Assembly (NCBI GenBank): GCA_964386535.1
Contig: CAYLRY010000009.1
Span: 328-64,327, forward strand
Source of the DNA: an uncultured Dehalococcoidales bacterium
Lineage (GTDB): Bacteria; Chloroflexota; Dehalococcoidia; Dehalococcoidales; UBA3254
Direction: 5' to 3'
Length of the DNA stretch: 64,000 bases
In this document: piece after piece, positions 29,094 through 40,978 of the stretch
How the letters are laid out: every line of letters starts with the position of its first letter
How positions within the stretch are numbered: the stretch's first letter is position 1
Notes under the pieces: model-generated
Told to the model about the DNA's origin: nothing
Databases searched by the model: none
Seen by the model: the letters and a program-made list of their open reading frames with translations, nothing else
Position numbers and translations under genes: made by a program

Positions 29094-29726
29094 ATGGAAA
29101 TTGTTTGGCTGGGTTATTCCTGTTTTAAATTAAAAGGTAAGAACACTACAGTAGTCACGGACCCTTATCCACCCGGGCTGGGCTATACTATGGATAAGAC
29201 CAGCGCCCAGGTGATTACCATCAGCCATCAGCATCCCAACCATTGCCATGTAGAAGCTATCTCTGGCGACCCGCGTCAGGTTTTTCGCCCTGGAGAGTAC
29301 GAGATAGGTGGCACACTTATCATCGGCATCTCAACATTCCATGATGCAGAAAACGGCGCCAGGTCAGGCAAGAATACCGTTTTTGTCATTGAGATTGACG
29401 ATGTCAGCATTTGTCATCTGGGAGATTTGGGACACACATTAACGTCTAACCAGGTGGAAGAGATGGGCAATATAGATATATTGCTGGCTCCGGTAGGAGG
29501 GGGCAATACCATCAGCGCAGCCCAGGCTGCTAGTATCGTACGAGCTATCGAACCTAAAATAGTGATCCCCATGCACTATAAAACACCGGCATTAATCAAA
29601 GAACTGGACCCAATTGACAAATTTCTTAAGGAAATGGCTATTAATGAGGCGGTCCCTCAAACCAGGCTGATAATAACCAAGTCCAATTTGCCGCTTACAA
29701 CCCAAGTAGTACTGCTAAACCCCTAG
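29094..29726 (+). CDS. MBL-fold metallo-hydrolase (UPF0173-like)
   Basis: 210 aa. ISHQHPNH is a variant of HxHxDH. Downstream His/Asp positions (HLGDLGH, PMHY) also fit. Confidence 0.8.
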   Translation: MEIVWLGYSCFKLKGKNTTVVTDPYPPGLGYTMDKTSAQVITISHQHPNHCHVEAISGDPRQVFRPGEYEIGGTLIIGISTFHDAENGARSGKNTVFVIEIDDVSICHLGDLGHTLTSNQVEEMGNIDILLAPVGGGNTISAAQAASIVRAIEPKIVIPMHYKTPALIKELDPIDKFLKEMAINEAVPQTRLIITKSNLPLTTQVVLLNP

Positions 29727-29856
29727 AAAACGTCCTGATTTTTCCTCTTCACAATGGGAAAAACGGTATGTTATAATACCTGATAAATAGAATAGAAATT
29801 TTGGTTAGCCTTCCTTTTCATCACTGTAATAAAAAATAGGGAATGGAGGGGTGGGC

Positions 29857-29885
29857 TTGACATTTTTTGTTGTTAATGATAAGAT
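29857..29885 (+). promoter_or_regulatory. Candidate promoter of rpoBC
   Basis: TTGACA (29857-29862), 17-nt spacer, TAAGAT (29880-29885). About 130 nt upstream of the rpoB ATG. A second extended -10, TGTTATAAT, sits at 29769-29777. Confidence 0.45.
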
Positions 29886-30015
29886 TAAACGTTGTGATTG
29901 TGCCTCTTAAACGTTTTCATTTCAAAAAAATTTCTCCGTTGCATTCAGCAGCTTCATAACGCCGCATATTTAGAAAAATTTATACTTTTGTAAGAATAAA
30001 TTTAGAGGAGTTTTT

Positions 30016-33000
30016 ATGGTATCAACGTGTGTCGGGCCCGGAACCTCTGATGGCCGTAAATCTTTTTCCCACCTGCCCCAGATTCTGGAAGTCCCTAACC
30101 TCATTGAAGTCCAGCTAAACTCATTCCGCTGGTTCCAGGAAAAAGGGCTTAAACAGCTATTTGAAGAAATTTCACCCATCAAAGATTTTACTGGCAATCG
30201 CCTGGAACTCAGTTTTGTCGGTTATGAATTTCGTGAGCCGCGCTACGATGAACCTGAATGCCGGCAGAAGGACCTTACGTACTCCGCTCCGCTTTACGTC
30301 AGAACCCGTTTGCTGGTAAAAGAGACCGGTGAAATCAAAGAACAGGACCTTTTTTTCGGTGATATTCCCTTAATGACTGCCAAGGGAACCTTCATCACCA
30401 GTGGCGCCGAACGTATCGTCGTTAGTCAGTTATTACGTTCTCCAGGTGTCTATTTTACCGCAAAAGAAGACCCTGCCAGCGGTCGTATCCTCTGCTCCGG
30501 TAAGGTGATCCCTACACGCGGGGCCTGGTTGGAATTTGAGACCAGTAACCGCGATGTTATTGCCGGTAAAATCGACGGCAAACGAAAAATACCCATCAGC
30601 ACCCTCCTGCGTGCGATTGGTTATGGTACTGATGAACAATTGATGAACCTGTTTACCGGCACTGACAACAATCCGGATCACCAGTATATGAGGTCTACCA
30701 TGGAACGCGATCTGGGGGTTAAAGACGAAGCAGAAGCCTTGATTGATATCTACCGTAAGCTCCGTCCCGGTGATCCGCCTAACCTGGAGAATGCCCGTAA
30801 GCTGATTAATAACTTGTTTTTTGATGCCACTCGTTACGATCTGGGCAATGTTGGACGTTATAAACTCAATACTCGCCTGGGAATAAAAGTTAACGAGGAA
30901 ATACGTTCTTTAACCCGTGAAGACATTGTAGAGATTATACGTCATATTATCCTGATCAATAACGGCAAAGACCATGGTGATGATATCGATCACCTGGGCA
31001 ACCGACGCGTCCGTACTGTTGGTGAGTTACTGCAAAACCAGTTCCGCATTGGACTGCTACGGCTGGAAAGAGTAGTCAAGGAACGCATGAGTATTATTCC
31101 CACAGAAGCAGTAACTTCCAGCGCACTGGTAAATATTCGCCCTGTGGTGGCGGCTGTCAGGGAGTTCTTCGGAGGCTCACAGTTGTCCCAGTTCATGGAC
31201 CAAACCAACCCGCTGGCAGAAGTTACCCATAAGAGGCGTCTATCTGCCATGGGTCCCGGCGGCCTTTCACGGGAGCGCGCCGGGTTTGACGTTCGTGATG
31301 TGCACTATTCCCATTATGGCCGCATATGTCCGATTGAAACCCCTGAAGGACCCAACATCGGTCTTATCGGTTCGCTGGCCACGTACAGCCGTATTAATGA
31401 ATATGGCTTTATCGAAAGCCCTTATCGTATCGTAGTTAAAGAACTGAGTAATACGGATAAGAGATTGACTGGCAGAACTGTACGAGAGGCTATTAAGGAC
31501 GAGGAAGGCAAAGTAATCGTCAAAGAGGGGTCACCGATCACCGCTAAACTGATATCTCGGGTGGCAAAACTGCCGGCCTTCATGGTAAAAGTAGTTCCTT
31601 TTGTTTCAGAGGAAGTGGTCTATCTTTCTGCCGATAAAGAGGATAGATATATCATTGCTCAGGCTAACGCCCGGCTGGATGAACTGGGCCAGTTTATCGG
31701 CGACACTACAGAAGCACGCCAGTCTGAAAACTATATGTTTACCCATCCTGATCAAATTGACTTGATGGACGTCTCTCCAAAACAAATTGTCAGTGTAGCC
31801 ACGGCTTTAATTCCCTTTTTGGAACATGATGATGCCAACCGTGCCTTAATGGGCGCCAACATGCAGCGACAGGCTGTACCGCTCATACGCGCAGAAGCTC
31901 CCCTGGTAGCTACCGGAATGGAAGCAGAAGCTGCCAGACACAGCGGACAGCTTCTCTTTGCCCAGAATGCCGGTACCGTTACTTCAGTCACCGGATCCAG
32001 AATCATCGTAGCCCGGGATGACGGTAAAGAAGACCATTATCACCTGATGAAATTTGTCAGAACTAACCAGGGTACCTGTATAACCCAGAAACCTATTGTA
32101 ACTAAAGGCGATAGGATAGAAGCAGGAGCCATCCTGGCTGACAGCTCAGCCATTGAAAAGGGGGAACTGGCTCTGGGACACAATATAGTATGCGCCTTCT
32201 CCTGTTTTGAAGGATACAACTACGAGGATGCAATAGTCATCAGCAGCAGGATGGTTGAGCAGGACAAATTTACCTCCATACATATAGAAAAGCACGAAGT
32301 TGAAGCCAGAGATACCAAACTGGGGCCGGAAGAAATTACGCGGGATATTCCCAATGTAGGCGAGGAAAGCCTGCGTGAGCTGGATGAATATGGGATTATC
32401 CGTATCGGTGCGGAAGTAAATCCTGGAGACATCCTGGTGGGTAAAATCAGCCCCAAAGGTGAAACGGAACTCTCGGCCGAAGAAAAATTGTTAAGAGCTA
32501 TTTTCGGCGAAAAAGCCCGTGAGGTTAAAGACACTTCGCTGCGCGTACCGCACGGCGAGTGGGGCAAAGTCATAAATGTAAAGGTCTTTTCACGTGAAAA
32601 CTCAGATGAAATCCCAGCCGGAGTAAACCAATGGGTACAGGTCTGGGTAGCTCAAAAGAGAAAGGTTTCCGTTGGTGATAAAATTGCAGGGCGTCATGGC
32701 AATAAAGGTGTGGTGGCCTTAATCGCAAATAAAGAAGATATGCCATTCCTGCCTGACGGTACACCTGTGGATATCGTGCTGAATCCGATTGGTGTCCCTT
32801 CACGCATGAACATAGGCCAGATACTGGAAACGCACCTGGGATGGGTAGCCCAGATGCTGGGAATGAAAGTACTAACGCCGGTTTTTGACGGAGCCACAGA
32901 TAACGATATAGAAAGCGGGCTGGCCAGGGCATGGTTGATCCAAAAAGCCGGAGCTGTTCAGCTTGATCCACAGGATGATAAAACCATTCTGGACATGGAG

Positions 33001-33699
33001 AAAGCCAGGGCTTGGTTGACAGACCAGGGTCTGGATGCAGATAAGATTTTTGATAGCAATAATCCGGATGAAGCCAAGAAAACTTGCTTGCGGATGTGGC
33101 TGGCTGATATTGGTATCTCCAGTGAAGGTATGGATTTAACCGGCATGGAAAAACTAGCCAGAAAGGTTAGCTCAGAGAAGAATATCCCCTCTCCCATTAC
33201 CGGGAAGGTGATTTTGAGGGATGGACGTACCGGTGAGCCTTTCGATCAACCGGTAACCATCGGGAACATTTATATGATGAAGCTGATCCATCTGGTAGAA
33301 GATAAGGTGCACGCCCGGTCCACCGGTCCTTATTCGTTGATTGCACAGCAACCCCTGGGAGGGAAGGCTCAGTTTGGTGGTCAGCGTTTCGGCGAAATGG
33401 AAGTCTGGACGCTGGAAGCTTACGGGGCAGCTCATAATCTTCAGGAGGTTCTGACCATCAAGTCTGATGACGTTACTGGAAGAGCCAAAACCTATGAAGC
33501 CATCGTAAAAAATGAAGATATCATTCAACCAGGTGTGCCTGAATCCTTTAAAGTGCTGGTAAAAGAGTTACAAAGCCTGGGATTGGCTATTGAAGTAATA
33601 AACGAAGAAGAGTCCGGAGAACTGTCAGAATTATCTACTAAGCCTAAACTTATTCCGGGCGATTCTGAAGAGGTAGAAGAGAAAAATGCTGGAAGTTAA
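30016..33699 (+). CDS. rpoB: DNA-directed RNA polymerase subunit beta
   Basis: 1227 aa. Conserved beta blocks throughout, for example [14 protein letters not shown] and the C-terminal [20 protein letters not shown]. Confidence 0.98.
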   Translation: MVSTCVGPGTSDGRKSFSHLPQILEVPNLIEVQLNSFRWFQEKGLKQLFEEISPIKDFTGNRLELSFVGYEFREPRYDEPECRQKDLTYSAPLYVRTRLLVKETGEIKEQDLFFGDIPLMTAKGTFITSGAERIVVSQLLRSPGVYFTAKEDPASGRILCSGKVIPTRGAWLEFETSNRDVIAGKIDGKRKIPISTLLRAIGYGTDEQLMNLFTGTDNNPDHQYMRSTMERDLGVKDEAEALIDIYRKLRPGDPPNLENARKLINNLFFDATRYDLGNVGRYKLNTRLGIKVNEEIRSLTREDIVEIIRHIILINNGKDHGDDIDHLGNRRVRTVGELLQNQFRIGLLRLERVVKERMSIIPTEAVTSSALVNIRPVVAAVREFFGGSQLSQFMDQTNPLAEVTHKRRLSAMGPGGLSRERAGFDVRDVHYSHYGRICPIETPEGPNIGLIGSLATYSRINEYGFIESPYRIVVKELSNTDKRLTGRTVREAIKDEEGKVIVKEGSPITAKLISRVAKLPAFMVKVVPFVSEEVVYLSADKEDRYIIAQANARLDELGQFIGDTTEARQSENYMFTHPDQIDLMDVSPKQIVSVATALIPFLEHDDANRALMGANMQRQAVPLIRAEAPLVATGMEAEAARHSGQLLFAQNAGTVTSVTGSRIIVARDDGKEDHYHLMKFVRTNQGTCITQKPIVTKGDRIEAGAILADSSAIEKGELALGHNIVCAFSCFEGYNYEDAIVISSRMVEQDKFTSIHIEKHEVEARDTKLGPEEITRDIPNVGEESLRELDEYGIIRIGAEVNPGDILVGKISPKGETELSAEEKLLRAIFGEKAREVKDTSLRVPHGEWGKVINVKVFSRENSDEIPAGVNQWVQVWVAQKRKVSVGDKIAGRHGNKGVVALIANKEDMPFLPDGTPVDIVLNPIGVPSRMNIGQILETHLGWVAQMLGMKVLTPVFDGATDNDIESGLARAWLIQKAGAVQLDPQDDKTILDMEKARAWLTDQGLDADKIFDSNNPDEAKKTCLRMWLADIGISSEGMDLTGMEKLARKVSSEKNIPSPITGKVILRDGRTGEPFDQPVTIGNIYMMKLIHLVEDKVHARSTGPYSLIAQQPLGGKAQFGGQRFGEMEVWTLEAYGAAHNLQEVLTIKSDDVTGRAKTYEAIVKNEDIIQPGVPESFKVLVKELQSLGLAIEVINEEESGELSELSTKPKLIPGDSEEVEEKNAGS

Positions 33700-36600
33700 T
33701 GATTTTGATGCTGTACGCATTTCCCTGGCATCTCCTGAACAAATTAGAAGCTGGTCTTATGGTGAGGTAACCAAACCTGAGACCATTAACTACCGCACCC
33801 TTAAACCTGAAAGAGACGGCCTCTTTTGTGAGCGCATCTTCGGGCCCACAAAGGATTTCGAATGCTTTTGCGGAAAGTATAAAAAAATCCGCTATAAAGG
33901 TATTATTTGCGATAAATGCGGAGTAGAAGTCGCACGTGCCAAGGTGCGCCGTGAACGTATGGGGCATATTGAACTGGCCTGCCCGGTCAGCCATATCTGG
34001 TTTGCCAAGGGGGTACCCAGCCGGCTGGGTCTTTTGCTCGATCTCTCGCCACGCAGCCTGGACCGTGTGCTATATTTCTCCCATTATATCATTACTTACA
34101 TTAACGAAGAAGCGCGGCAAGCCATAATTAAAAAGCTGGAAGATGCCATGGCCCAGGAATTATCCAGGCGACAGGTTGAAATGGAGGCTAAAATCAGCGA
34201 ACTGGAGAACAGCCAGGCTTCACCGGAAGACATTAATCAGATCCGCAGTAATTTCATTGATGAGGAATCCCGGCTGAAGGATGAATTGACTGTTGCAATT
34301 GAACAGATCAAAGACCTTCATGTTAAAGAACTACTGGCAGAAAACCAATATAATGAATTGAAACAAAAATATAACGATGTTTTTGAAGCCGGAATGGGAG
34401 CGGAGGCGATTCTAAAAATCACAAGATCTATCGAACTGGACCAAATGCGCAATGAGTTGATACAGGAAAGCTATTCCAGCTCCGGACAACGGCGTAAAAA
34501 AGCCAGTAAGCAATTACAGGTAGTAGAAGCTTTCCGCCGCAGCGGTAATAAACCTGAATGGATGATTCTAACAGTCTTGCCCGTTCTGCCTCCGGACCTG
34601 CGCCCTATGGTGCAACTGGATGGCGGTAGATTTGCTACATCAGACCTTAATGATCTGTATCGTCGTGTAATTAACCGTAACAACCGTCTGCATCACCTGA
34701 TGGATATAGGGGCGCCGGAAATCATTGTTCGCAATGAAAAACGCATGCTTCAGGAAGCTGTGGACTCTTTGATAGACAACGGACGCCGGGGAAGGGCGGT
34801 TTCTGTAAGCGGCAATCATAAGTTGAAGTCGCTCTCAGATATGCTTAGGGGTAAGCAGGGACGCTTCCGCCAGAACCTTCTGGGGAAACGTGTAGATTAC
34901 AGTGGGCGTTCCGTAATTGTAGTTGGACCGGAACTCAAGCTGCATCAATGCGGACTGCCCCGCCGTATGGCATTGGAGCTTTTTAAACCCTTTGTTATGC
35001 GTTATCTGGTGCAAAAAGATCTAGCTCATAATATCAAGAGCGCCCGCCGTCTGGTGGAAAGAGCTAGACCGGAAGTATATGATATACTGGAAGAAGTTAT
35101 TAAGGAACGCCCGGTTTTACTGAACCGTGCTCCCACACTGCACCGTCTAAGCGTTCAGGCTTTTGAGCCGGTATTGATTGATGGTTCAGCAATCCAGATC
35201 CATCCCCTGGTATGTTCTGCTTTTAATGCTGACTTTGATGGAGACCAGATGGCTGTCCATGTACCCTTATCCAAAGAAGCTGTAGCTGAAGCCAGAGACC
35301 TGATGCTCAGTATTCATAACATGCTTCTGCCCAGTTCCGGCGATCCTGTAGTCACACCTACCCTGGACATGGTGTTGGGTTCCTATTATCTAACTACCAT
35401 GCGGCCTGACATTAAGGGAGAAAACAAGGTTTTCGGCAGTTTTGAAGAAGCCCGTCTGGCTTATGAGCTGGGTGTTGTTGACTTGAGGGCTGAAATTGAT
35501 GTTCGAGATATGGATAGAGGCGGAAATCGCATTAAGACCAGCGTCGGCCGTATTATTTTTAATGAAGCTTTGCCTAAAGAAATAGGTTTTGTTAACCGTA
35601 TTGTCGATAAATCTGGTTTAAAACAAATTGTGGCTGATTGTTATAAGGTCTTACCTAATGAAGGAACCGCCGCTGTGCTGGATAAAATCAAACAACTTGG
35701 ATTCCATTATGCCACTTCTTCAGGCATTACCATTGCAGCTAACGATATCGAGGTCCCTGCGGCCAAGCCGGATTTGATTAAAGAAGCTGAAAAGAAGGCC
35801 CTGACCATAGAAAACCAGTTCCGCCAGGGCTTAATAGACGAAGATGAAAGGTATACAGGGGTGGTCGAGGTCTGGACTGAAATAGCTGACAGACTGACTG
35901 ATGTTCTGCAACAAAGTATGGACCGTTATGGCGGAATTTACATGATGTCTACCTCCGGCGCTAAAGGTAATATCTCCCAGATTAAGCAAATGGCCGGTAT
36001 GAGAGGCTTGATGACCAATCCCTCAGGAAGAATTATTGATTTCCCAATTAAATCCAGTTTGAGGGAAGGGCTTAGCGTACTGGAGTACTTCATCTCCACA
36101 CATGGCGCTCGTAAAGGTTTGGCGGATACAGCCTTGAGGACATCCGGTTCAGGTTACCTGACCAGGCGTTTGATTGATGTCGCTCAGGATGTTATCACAC
36201 GGGAAGACGATTGCAGGACTCAGGAAGGTATCTGGCTGGCTGATTCACCGGAAAAAAGCTTATTACCGCCTTTATCAAAGAGAATTGTCGGCCGCCTGGC
36301 AGCCGCCAAAATAATAGATCCCAAAACCGGTGAAACTCTGGTAGAAAGAGATGAAGAAATAGATGAATCCAAAGCTGCTAAAATCAACGCTGCCGGTATA
36401 AGTAAAGTTTATATCCGTTCACCGCTTAGCTGTCAATCACGCTGGGGTGTTTGCCGGAAATGCTATGGAAGAGATCTGGCTCGCGGGCGTATGGTGGAAC
36501 CCAATACAGCCGTCGGAATAATTGCCGCTCAAAGCATCGGTGAACCCGGTACACAGTTAACCCTGCGAACCTTCCATACCGGTGGAATTATTGGTCTGGA

Positions 36601-37636
36601 CATTACCACCGGTCTGCCCAGGGTGGAGGAATTGTTTGAAGCCAGAGCTCCCAAAGCTCAGGCCCTGATCGCCGAAATAGACGGCATTGCGGAGATTACA
36701 CAGGACGAAGAAGGACGGAGGATCAAGACGGTAAATTCCGAGATATTAACTGATGAATATCCGCTACTGCCCAACTGGCAACTGATGGTAGATAACGGTC
36801 AGGTAGTTGAAGCAGGAACCATTCTGGCCAGTCAGGTGCCTGAGAATAACAAACCGGCGGAGTCCAATGCAGTCACCGCCACTAACCCTTCCATCACAGC
36901 TCAAAAAGGTGGGGAAGTTATACTTGGAGAAGGTAAAATATTAATTCGTTATGAAGAAAGGGAAGAACGCGAATATATTGTACCGGCAACCGCTCAACTG
37001 CGGATTAAAAATGGGGATAAAGTTGAAGCCGGGATGCAATTGACTGAGGGATCGTTGAACCCGCAGGACCTGATGCGGATTAAGGGGCGCGGTGCGGTTC
37101 AACAATACCTGGTTGAAGAAGTCCAAAAAGTATACCGTTCTCAAGGCGTTAATATCAACGATAAGCATATTGAAACTATTGCTCGCCAGATGCTGACTCA
37201 AGTCCGCATCACTTCTTCAGGTGACACCAAACTGGTCCCCGGTGAACTGGTTGACCGGTTCCATTATGAAGACACCAATGCCAAAGTACTTTCAGAAGGC
37301 GGCGAACCGGCAACAGCCCTGCCAATACTTCTGGGCATAACCCGGGCTTCTTTGAATACGGACAGTTGGCTGGCAGCGGCGTCCTTCCAGGAGACTACCC
37401 GCGTATTGACTGAAGCAGCGGTTTATGGAAAGATCGATAAACTCATCGGTCTAAAGGAAAATGTAATTATTGGTAAACTTATCCCGGCTCATAACCCAAT
37501 TCAGAAAAGTAATGAGGCTAAATTAACAGGTCAAACGGCAGTTGCGTCCCGGGTGGCCAGCGTTATTCCCGGACCTGTGCTGGAAGAAAATGATGTAGTT
37601 AATGAGGATGTTGGGTTTAAAGAAGCGGAAGATTAG
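33686..37636 (+). CDS. rpoC: DNA-directed RNA polymerase subunit beta'
   Basis: 1316 aa. Zn finger [20 protein letters not shown] and catalytic [12 protein letters not shown]. Overlaps the rpoB end by 14 nt. Confidence 0.98.
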   Translation: MLEVNDFDAVRISLASPEQIRSWSYGEVTKPETINYRTLKPERDGLFCERIFGPTKDFECFCGKYKKIRYKGIICDKCGVEVARAKVRRERMGHIELACPVSHIWFAKGVPSRLGLLLDLSPRSLDRVLYFSHYIITYINEEARQAIIKKLEDAMAQELSRRQVEMEAKISELENSQASPEDINQIRSNFIDEESRLKDELTVAIEQIKDLHVKELLAENQYNELKQKYNDVFEAGMGAEAILKITRSIELDQMRNELIQESYSSSGQRRKKASKQLQVVEAFRRSGNKPEWMILTVLPVLPPDLRPMVQLDGGRFATSDLNDLYRRVINRNNRLHHLMDIGAPEIIVRNEKRMLQEAVDSLIDNGRRGRAVSVSGNHKLKSLSDMLRGKQGRFRQNLLGKRVDYSGRSVIVVGPELKLHQCGLPRRMALELFKPFVMRYLVQKDLAHNIKSARRLVERARPEVYDILEEVIKERPVLLNRAPTLHRLSVQAFEPVLIDGSAIQIHPLVCSAFNADFDGDQMAVHVPLSKEAVAEARDLMLSIHNMLLPSSGDPVVTPTLDMVLGSYYLTTMRPDIKGENKVFGSFEEARLAYELGVVDLRAEIDVRDMDRGGNRIKTSVGRIIFNEALPKEIGFVNRIVDKSGLKQIVADCYKVLPNEGTAAVLDKIKQLGFHYATSSGITIAANDIEVPAAKPDLIKEAEKKALTIENQFRQGLIDEDERYTGVVEVWTEIADRLTDVLQQSMDRYGGIYMMSTSGAKGNISQIKQMAGMRGLMTNPSGRIIDFPIKSSLREGLSVLEYFISTHGARKGLADTALRTSGSGYLTRRLIDVAQDVITREDDCRTQEGIWLADSPEKSLLPPLSKRIVGRLAAAKIIDPKTGETLVERDEEIDESKAAKINAAGISKVYIRSPLSCQSRWGVCRKCYGRDLARGRMVEPNTAVGIIAAQSIGEPGTQLTLRTFHTGGIIGLDITTGLPRVEELFEARAPKAQALIAEIDGIAEITQDEEGRRIKTVNSEILTDEYPLLPNWQLMVDNGQVVEAGTILASQVPENNKPAESNAVTATNPSITAQKGGEVILGEGKILIRYEEREEREYIVPATAQLRIKNGDKVEAGMQLTEGSLNPQDLMRIKGRGAVQQYLVEEVQKVYRSQGVNINDKHIETIARQMLTQVRITSSGDTKLVPGELVDRFHYEDTNAKVLSEGGEPATALPILLGITRASLNTDSWLAAASFQETTRVLTEAAVYGKIDKLIGLKENVIIGKLIPAHNPIQKSNEAKLTGQTAVASRVASVIPGPVLEENDVVNEDVGFKEAED

Positions 37637-37661
37637 TCCTCTAAGTACCAATTAGCGTTCT

Positions 37662-37689
37662 CAGGAGCCCCGTCTTTTCGGGGCTCCTG
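37662..37689 (+). terminator. Stem-loop terminator after rpoC
   Basis: CAGGAGCCCCG (37662-37672), loop TCTTTT, CGGGGCTCCTG (37679-37689). 11-bp GC-rich stem, but no clear U-tract. Confidence 0.6.
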
Positions 37690-37744
37690 AATATTAACTA
37701 ATATTATGCTGTGTTTTTTATCACGCCGAAAGAATACGAAATCC

Positions 37745-37840
37745 GAAATCCGCCATCAAATAGCTTCAAACAGGCACAAGGTTTCTGCACTGATTTGGTG
37801 AAAAAATCCACGCTCGTTTAGCTTTGTTTGATGGTGAATC
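37745..37840 (-). repeat. Intergenic imperfect-palindromic repeat, copy B
   Basis: The reverse complement aligns with copy A and copy C. GTTTGATGGTGAA (37826-37838) is the exact reverse complement of TTCACCATCAAAC at 53387-53399. Terminal inverted repeat CCATCAAA (37753-37760) / TTTGATGG (37827-37834). Confidence 0.55.
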
Positions 37841-37870
37841 AAGGAAATGCCATCATCTCAATCTTGTATA

Positions 37871-37879
37871 TGCTATAAT
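37871..37879 (+). promoter_or_regulatory. Candidate extended -10 promoter for ruvB
   Basis: TGCTATAAT at 37871-37879, about 78 nt upstream of the ruvB TTG start. No good -35. Confidence 0.35.
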
Positions 37880-37956
37880 TAGCATAGATCGTACAGGTAT
37901 AAAGGAGCAACCTAATCGCACGGGTAGTTTCGGGGAAATCAGGAAATGAGGACATC

Positions 37957-38943
37957 TTGCTGGACACCAGTCTCCGCCCAAGGTGTCTGGATGACTTTAT
38001 CGGACAGACCCGGGTAAAAGAAAACCTGGGCATCACCATCGCCGCCGCCAAGGGACGGGGTGAAGCCCTGGATCATATACTTCTATACGGTCCTCCTGGA
38101 TTAGGGAAAACCACACTGGCGCATATTATTGCTACCGAGATGGGTGTAAGTGTTAAAATAACCTCCGGTCCAGCTATTGAACGCACCGGTGACCTGGCTG
38201 CTATCCTGACAAACCTGCGGAGTCAGGACATATTATTCATCGATGAAATTCACCGGTTATCCCGCGTAGTGGAGGAAATTCTTTATCCTGCCATGGAGGA
38301 TTTCGCTCTGGATATTATTATCGGTAAGGGGCCGGGAGCTAAAAGCTTGCGACTAAAACTGCCGCCTTTCACCTTAATAGGCGCTACCACCAGGTATGCC
38401 ATGCTCAGCGCTCCTTTGCGTGACCGCTTTGGTGTAGTACACCGTTTGGATTTTTATGATGAGCAATCGATTGAAAGAATATTAAACAGATCCGCGGCTT
38501 TACTTAAAGTTAAAGCTGAATCTGAAGGGTTGAAAGAGATTGCCTGTAGAGCCAGAGGTACACCCCGAGTGGCAAACCGTTTATTAAAAAGAGTCAGGGA
38601 TTATGCTCAGGTTATGGCTGACAGTATAATCACTCAAGAGATTGCCGATCGAGCTTTAACCCAGCTAGAAGTGGATCATATCGGGCTGGATGAGATAGAT
38701 CACAAGATATTGAATTCCATAATCAAAAAATTTAACGGTGGGCCGGTTGGACTGGAGACCATAGCCGCTTCAATTAGTGAAGAATCAGATACTATCATGG
38801 ATGTTTATGAGCCCTATTTGATCCAACTAGGTTTTCTTGAAAGAACTCCCCGCGGTAGAGTTGTTACTGAGAGGGCTTACCGGCATCTCAATATACCTTA
38901 TAAACATACTAAACAAGAGCAACCCACTTTGTGGAAAACCTAG
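37957..38943 (+). CDS. ruvB: Holliday junction branch migration helicase RuvB
   Basis: 328 aa. Walker [10 protein letters not shown], Walker B FIDEIHRL and RTPRG near the C-terminus. TTG start after GAGGA. No ruvA is adjacent. Confidence 0.95.
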   Translation: MLDTSLRPRCLDDFIGQTRVKENLGITIAAAKGRGEALDHILLYGPPGLGKTTLAHIIATEMGVSVKITSGPAIERTGDLAAILTNLRSQDILFIDEIHRLSRVVEEILYPAMEDFALDIIIGKGPGAKSLRLKLPPFTLIGATTRYAMLSAPLRDRFGVVHRLDFYDEQSIERILNRSAALLKVKAESEGLKEIACRARGTPRVANRLLKRVRDYAQVMADSIITQEIADRALTQLEVDHIGLDEIDHKILNSIIKKFNGGPVGLETIAASISEESDTIMDVYEPYLIQLGFLERTPRGRVVTERAYRHLNIPYKHTKQEQPTLWKT

Positions 38944-39018
38944 CTCACTATTGGGAGATACCAAATTTGGATTAGGGATTTTGTATATTCAAAATTATGA
39001 TTTTTACTTTCTCTTTAT

Positions 39019-39690
39019 GTGAGGCTTGATTTGTCCTGTCTTGTGCGTTTAATGGTTAAAGAGGATATCACTCAGATCAGTGTCATTGACCGGGAAGCTT
39101 TTCCAACTATGTGGCCGCCGGTTAATTTCCAGCGAGAGCTTACCAACCGCATGGCTCATTATCTGGTAGTCAGCGATGGAACACGGGTACTGGATCAACC
39201 TGGAGCAAACCCTGATTCCGGTTCAAAACCAAGACGCTCATTTTGGGGTCTTATTTTCCCTTTTATTGGTAACCCTGCAAAGTCAGGTAATCCATCTGAG
39301 AGAGTAAGTGAATATATAATTGGATTTGTGGGAATGTGGTTGATGGTGGATGAAGCCCACATTATTAACATAGCAGTCAGGGGTGTTTGCCGGGGCAAAG
39401 GTATAGGTGAGCTCCTTCTGATCTCCTGTATTGATTTAGCCTATAAGCTGAAAGCCACTGTAGTTACTCTGGAAGTACGGGCCAGTAATACTATAGCCCA
39501 GAACCTTTACACAAAATATGGTTTTAATCAGGTTGGTTTACGAAAAAAATATTACACTGACAATAATGAAGATGCCCTCATTATGACTACGGATATTATT
39601 ACCACGGATGCTTTTATGCAACGTTTTCAGAAACTTAAAGAGGCTCATTTCCAGAAATTAAAAGATATTATTTACCATGTCCCAATGTAA
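39019..39690 (+). CDS. rimI: GNAT family N-acetyltransferase, RimI-like (with internal insertion)
   Basis: Acetyl-CoA motif VRGVCRGKGIGELLL and EVRASN..A..LY.K.GF. The start may be ATG 39052 rather than GTG 39019. Confidence 0.7.
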   Translation: MRLDLSCLVRLMVKEDITQISVIDREAFPTMWPPVNFQRELTNRMAHYLVVSDGTRVLDQPGANPDSGSKPRRSFWGLIFPFIGNPAKSGNPSERVSEYIIGFVGMWLMVDEAHIINIAVRGVCRGKGIGELLLISCIDLAYKLKATVVTLEVRASNTIAQNLYTKYGFNQVGLRKKYYTDNNEDALIMTTDIITTDAFMQRFQKLKEAHFQKLKDIIYHVPM

Positions 39691-39777
39691 CATGAGGTAA
39701 GAACAGCGGATAAATCCTGACTTGTTCAGAAATGGAAACCGCCAACCTTTTGAAATTGTGTCAACCGTTGTTTACAC

Positions 39778-40242
39778 TTAAAATCCAAACAGATTCCGCC
39801 GTGTCTGTGTTTCAGCCTGTAGATTGGCTCTTAGCCATTTTACCATGCCCTCTCTACTTTTTGACATAGGTTCCTTAAGTTTATCAATTGGCAAGTCCTG
39901 TAACGTAGATAAGGACTGGCTTCTCCTGGCAATTTCAATTCTTTCATTCATTTCGTTAATGAGATTATAAGTTTCTTTAAGAGCGGTCAATGTCTCCGAC
40001 TCGAAATAATCCAGCCTATCCTGGTAGGCTTTCCAGGCCCCAGTTTTAAATTTTTTAGGTGATTGAGGATTTATGCGCCTGGTCTCCAATATTTTAAAAT
40101 TTTCATTAATATCTGCAATCATACCGATTGCGGATTGCAGTCTGGGAGTTGATCGTTTTCTAGTCCTGGTCAAGGTAAATATCAGAATCAGTATCAGAGC
40201 AATAAAAATTATATAAGACGTCCAATTTTCAGCCATTTCCAC
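39778..40242 (-). CDS. Hypothetical membrane-anchored protein
   Basis: 154 aa. One N-terminal TM (YIIFIALILILIFTL) followed by a charged, helical-looking region. No family recognised. Confidence 0.5.
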   Translation of the reverse strand: MEMAENWTSYIIFIALILILIFTLTRTRKRSTPRLQSAIGMIADINENFKILETRRINPQSPKKFKTGAWKAYQDRLDYFESETLTALKETYNLINEMNERIEIARRSQSLSTLQDLPIDKLKEPMSKSREGMVKWLRANLQAETQTRRNLFGF

Positions 40243-40312
40243 ACCTCAAAGCGCAGAGATTAAGTCATCAGATTACACATCATTAAAACACAATATGCCG
40301 GATCTGTCCATA

Positions 40313-40978
40313 TTATCTCTTAACCAGCAAACAGATATTTCGTGAAAAGTATTTGACCGGGAAATGATATTTCTTTTCAGGGAAAGATTTCAACAGGGTT
40401 AATCCTGCCCTTTTCACCAACTTTTCCATTTCCGGATAAGTGAAAAGATAGTAATAACGCAGCACTTCCTGCCCTTTAACTTTCCAGGGAACATAAATTT
40501 CTTTTCTTTTAAACCAGAAACGAGGCTGCCAGCGGTTCCAGACGGTAACCATGGCCTCTCCACCCGGTTTTAATACCCTTCTAAGTTCCTTCAAAGCCGC
40601 AATTTGCTCTTCGTGGGCCTGTATGTGATGATAAGTTGCTATTGAAATAGCCCAATCAAAACTCGCGTCGCTATAAGGCAATCGCCGCACATCAGCAATC
40701 TGTAAATTTACCGTAAACTCAAACTTTTGGGAGTAGCGGCGCGCCAGCTTTATCATCTCAGCGGAAAAATCCATTCCAAAAAGGTCAAAACCGGCTTTAA
40801 AGGGTAAAAAATCGGCTCCATGACCGCTTCCCAGGTTCAGGAGTCTGCCCCGCTTCCATCTTTGCGATAAAATTTCCAGTTCATAACGAAATATTGAATA
40901 ATGGCGGTAATTATACCAGCCCGGAGCAATCCGGTCATAAACCTCCTTGTTTGTTTTATCGTTAAACTTAGCAGGTAT
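40313..40978 (-). CDS. Class I SAM-dependent methyltransferase, Trm9/ALKBH8-like; the full-length frame lacks ATG/GTG/TTG (putative ATA start at 40978)
   Basis: The track lists only 40313..40774. The same frame stays open up to TAA at 40991-40993. That upstream part encodes FNDKTNKEVYDRIAPGWYNYRH...GRLLNLGSGHGADF, which includes SAM motif I. SD AGGGG is 7 nt before ATA 40976-40978. Downstream motifs FDWAISIATYHH, VPW...RYYYLF. Confidence 0.65.
   Translation of the reverse strand: MPAKFNDKTNKEVYDRIAPGWYNYRHYSIFRYELEILSQRWKRGRLLNLGSGHGADFLPFKAGFDLFGMDFSAEMIKLARRYSQKFEFTVNLQIADVRRLPYSDASFDWAISIATYHHIQAHEEQIAALKELRRVLKPGGEAMVTVWNRWQPRFWFKRKEIYVPWKVKGQEVLRYYYLFTYPEMEKLVKRAGLTLLKSFPEKKYHFPVKYFSRNICLLVKR

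Noticed and set aside
29885-29917. Direct repeat TTAAACGTT ... TTAAACGTT (about 29885-29893 and about 29908-29916) just downstream of the candidate rpoB -10 box.
   Set aside because: It is a 9-nt AT-rich repeat occurring only twice, with no known matching operator. It could be chance, so I did not promote it to a finding.
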